A stretch of 57,446 nucleotides of DNA, filler included, from Sphacelaria rigidula (lineage: Eukaryota): NCBI GenBank assembly GCA_964200075.2. It is 3 parts of 3 records of this genome, joined end to end, with 100 filler letters (N's around TTAATTAATTAA, not from the genome) between each part and the next. Parts side by side here need not be neighbours in the genome. Positions count along the whole stretch, not along the records: positions 38,376 to 57,446 come from CAXNAA020000735.1; 2 more parts are not named here. One strand, 5' to 3'. The notes beneath the pieces were generated by a model. The model saw nothing but the letters and a program-made list of their open reading frames with translations. It was not told the origin of the DNA and did no database searches. Below are positions 38,478-57,446 of this stretch, one piece after another. Both the position numbers and the translations under genes were made by a program. Each line of letters begins with the position of its first letter. Within the stretch, counting starts at the first letter, position 1.

Positions 38478-38892
38478 TAGAGCTCGGAAATGGTACCAGT
38501 TATAACCGGCCATTATCATTATAATGGTAATAATGGTAATTGTTAAATGAGAAATTTGGATAATGGTTTCAAACCATTATTTTCCGATACCGGCTTTAGA
38601 AGCCATTACCGGCTACCTACGCTACATACAGCCCTTGAAAATTGGCCAAACTCTTCCGTGTTTTTCAGCTCCAGTAAAGCCAAATTGCGTGAAAAAGTGC
38701 CTCCGGCACGGTGCCTCCACTGGGGCCCGCCGAGGCGCCTCCGGCTGGGCCTTCTCTGCCGGGGAGAGCTATTTGGCCCGCGATTGCGCCCCCCGATGAC
38801 CGAACCATTATATACCATTTAACTGGTTAATGAGTGCGCTACGCGTAACCATTCAACTGATTGATGGTTAAACAAACTATTTCCGAGCCCTA
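38478..38892. mobile_element. hAT-superfamily MITE (415 bp)
   Basis: 14-bp TIRs TAGAGCTCGGAAAT / ATTTCCGAGCCCTA (1 mismatch); perfect 8-bp TSD ACAAACAA (38470-38477 and 38893-38900); subterminal aatggt/accatt repeats. Confidence 0.88.
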
Positions 38893-38924
38893 ACAAACAA
38901 GCTGTTTATACTCCCGCAATGTAA

Positions 38925-39475
38925 CCTGTCGCGCCGGTGGCTCAGTTGGTAACCTCGACCTCTTCTGACGGTTGGGTCATGGGTTCGAATCTCGGAGCGA
39001 TCTGGGATTTTTTCTTACCCAAAGCCTAACAACAGTGGAGAGCACCTATGTTGTTGTGGGTACACAAAACTCGACTTGACTTTGGGTTATCGAATTCGGG
39101 ACATCTTGTGATTTGCGTTATATTGCGCGGCGTTGTTCCATCGTCACACACAATACCGTTCAGTGAGGCATGGTCGTACTAGTGACTATTGTTTTCCCAT
39201 GCACATGCTGCGTGCAGAAAAACAGATGGATGGGCTGATGCATGCAGTGTGCTTCTGTTGTCATCCCATCTATTCTGGGCGCCGGGCCACACCTACGAGT
39301 AGTAGGTCCTTTCGGTATATATCTGTGAGCGCACCAGCCGGGGTCACACAGGAAAAAAGCTAACAAAGGAGTTTTCTTTTTCATTTGTTTTAGTTCTCCT
39401 CCTTCCTTCTGCGGTGCTTGCCTTCTATTTTTTTATCGCGAGAGGAGGTGTTCAGCAGTCACTTTCCCTCGTTGA
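38925..39475. mobile_element. SINE family 1 copy with its two halves in opposite orientation
   Basis: 5' half on + at 38925-39080 (A box tggctcagttgg, B box ggttcgaatc); 3' half on - at about 39248-39475. Confidence 0.75.
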
Positions 39476-40177
39476 AATAAATGATAATACTAGATACTTG
39501 TTACCACGATATTGCACGCAACATTTTACCACCGTGGGTGATGAACTGCGCATGATTTGTGTTGCACGGTGGTTGATGGATTATAATGTAACAATGAGAA
39601 CAAGCATTTTTTCAGCATTGGTTCAGCAGAAATATGAAGGGGGTGGAGGTGCGATTGTTAAAATATTTGATAATAATAATGACTCATTACAGAGCTTTTA
39701 TTTTCGAAAGTCGACGTTGGCAAGTCTACACCTGGGGGGTGTTACTTGTCGTCACTTTCGAGGGAACTGCGGGTCTGAGAAGTTTTGCGGGGGTTTGTAC
39801 AAACTTTAATTGCTTAACGGAAACTCCAGTCCGACGCTGCCGTCAAATCGCGTGCTACAGCGACACAAGGCATCTAGCCACTGGAAGATTGCGTAAACTG
39901 CACGTGAGACACTTGTGTGGGTGTATCTGTGAGTGCATTTGTGTTTGTTTCATCCCATCACAGTCGATAGCTCTGTCTTCGCTGCTGTGCGTTTTCCTGC
40001 GCAAACGACGTGCATACAAAACCGAACATAAAAGAGGGGGCGCTGCACTACAGATATACCGTTGAGACAGGACAAATCTCAACTGCTACTGGGCACTAAC
40101 TATTGCTCGGAGAGCAGCCGCTGCCTTGGGCAGCCCAGGCAGTGCTGTGGTGAGCGCCCAGTTTTGCAGCTGCACTC

Positions 40178-56107
<15,930 letters not shown>

Positions 56108-57446
56108 GATGGAAAGAAAGTCGAACCTTCATCCAAGTGGGCACGGGCGTGGCTAGCTATGTAGCTTGAGGCGTGCGGGTAGAAGAGACGTGATTGGACG
56201 CCGGAAATGGTGTGCGCTGTCGTGGCTTTTTGCTGACTGATGAAACGTTTACTGTTACGAAGCGGGGGCGGAGGGCGGGGCGCACAGGTTGCGGTACCGT
56301 CACGGTGAGATTTTACTGTTGTCCGTGTTGTGTACAGTAGTAACATGTTTTTGCTAACGGTTTGAGTTGCGGGGGTGGAAAAAAACAGACCAGTCTCCTT
56401 GTTGCACTGGGTTCTGCTGGATGATGACCATTTACCTTCTCGTGTCGCAGGACAGACGAGAACAAAGCTAGTCTAATAATGGTGATGAGGGCAGCGGAGA
56501 TACACACACACACAACAAGAGCAATTATTTCCCTCGTGCTGTCTCCTTCCTTCCTGTGCTGGGTGCTGGTCTTACGATGAAATCATCGACAAATAAAATT
56601 TAGTACACTTTTAGCTGCACCTTTTTCGCCCTCCGCATATTCGGGACTGTCCAACGGGGCGTTTTTGGGAGTGGGGGGGCGGGGGGCGGGGCGGAAGGAG
56701 GGACATGTCCCAGTGTTTTTTTGTTGTCGTGCGCGCATGGCATCTGAGATCTAGCAGTTGATGGGTAAGTAAAAGAGAAGTCGGAAACTGCGTGGTGGTG
56801 GAGTTTTGAAATGTGGGGCGCAGGAATAGTGCGGTACGGGTTTTGTATGGAAACTTGTCGGCTCAGCGGTGTAATTTAGCGTCATTGGATTGAATCGAAG
56901 TGCTGCTGGGAATGCCACGCATGGTGTGTCTTGTTGTGGTTCTCGACGGCCGCGGCGAACTCTTTACAAGTGACTTTTGTTTTTTTTGCAGTACGTGCAG
57001 CAGCTAAGCTAGCTCTTGTAGCTACAACAGTAAAACTTTCTGGTCCCTGTGGCGGTCGGTAGTGAGGACCCGAGCCAAGTGTAAAGTACGAGTGAGTGTG
57101 TTTCGGCCGTAAATAAACGCACTTTTTTTTTTTACAATAGCATTACGTTGGTATACTACTGTAGGTAGAACACTGTGAGGAGGGCAGGCGAGCAAATTAG
57201 CAAACGAACTACAGAATTTTTAGTTTTCTTTTAACCGTGTAACCTTTGGCTCTGTGCAGTACAAGTTACCCGGGGGGCAGGCTCCCGAGAGTCGAGGGAC
57301 AAAGGTCAACATCCCACAAGCTCCCCACTTGGTTGGTGCGTTGGGAAGGGGTTCTATCCAGTGAACATCGTGCCCCCCCCCCCCCCCCCCCCCCCCCACG
57401 CCCTTGCGCGACCCCCACACGACCCGCCACACCTGCCCCCCTCACC

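Overview
Eukaryotic, intron-rich, TE-laden genomic DNA. A brown alga (Ectocarpus-like stramenopile) is inferred from gene architecture and repeat types, not proven. Two spliced protein-coding genes can be rebuilt by hand on the + strand. (1) A LONELY GUY (LOG)-family nucleotide phosphoribohydrolase: six exons, 8226-17685, with the first and last exons not located. (2) A complete 10-exon polo-like kinase: 40178-56107, 1144 aa, with an N-terminal polyQ, a GC-AG intron, a 2-kb exon holding duplicated KEN boxes, and substitutions at two phosphopeptide-binding polo-box residues. Between them is a decayed tyrosine-recombinase retrotransposon (DIRS order, Ngaro-type split direct repeats, about 29305-36140). 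The rest holds two tRNA-derived SINE families, a piggyBac-like element nested in a SINE at a non-TTAA site, a hAT MITE with a perfect 8-bp TSD, an RTE-like LINE fragment, tiny palindromic elements, two large diverged inverted-repeat pairs, a minisatellite and assembly gaps. Most ORFs in the supplied track are spurious or TE relics. I found no clearly new biological system; the best leads are listed as findings. All alignments were done by eye.
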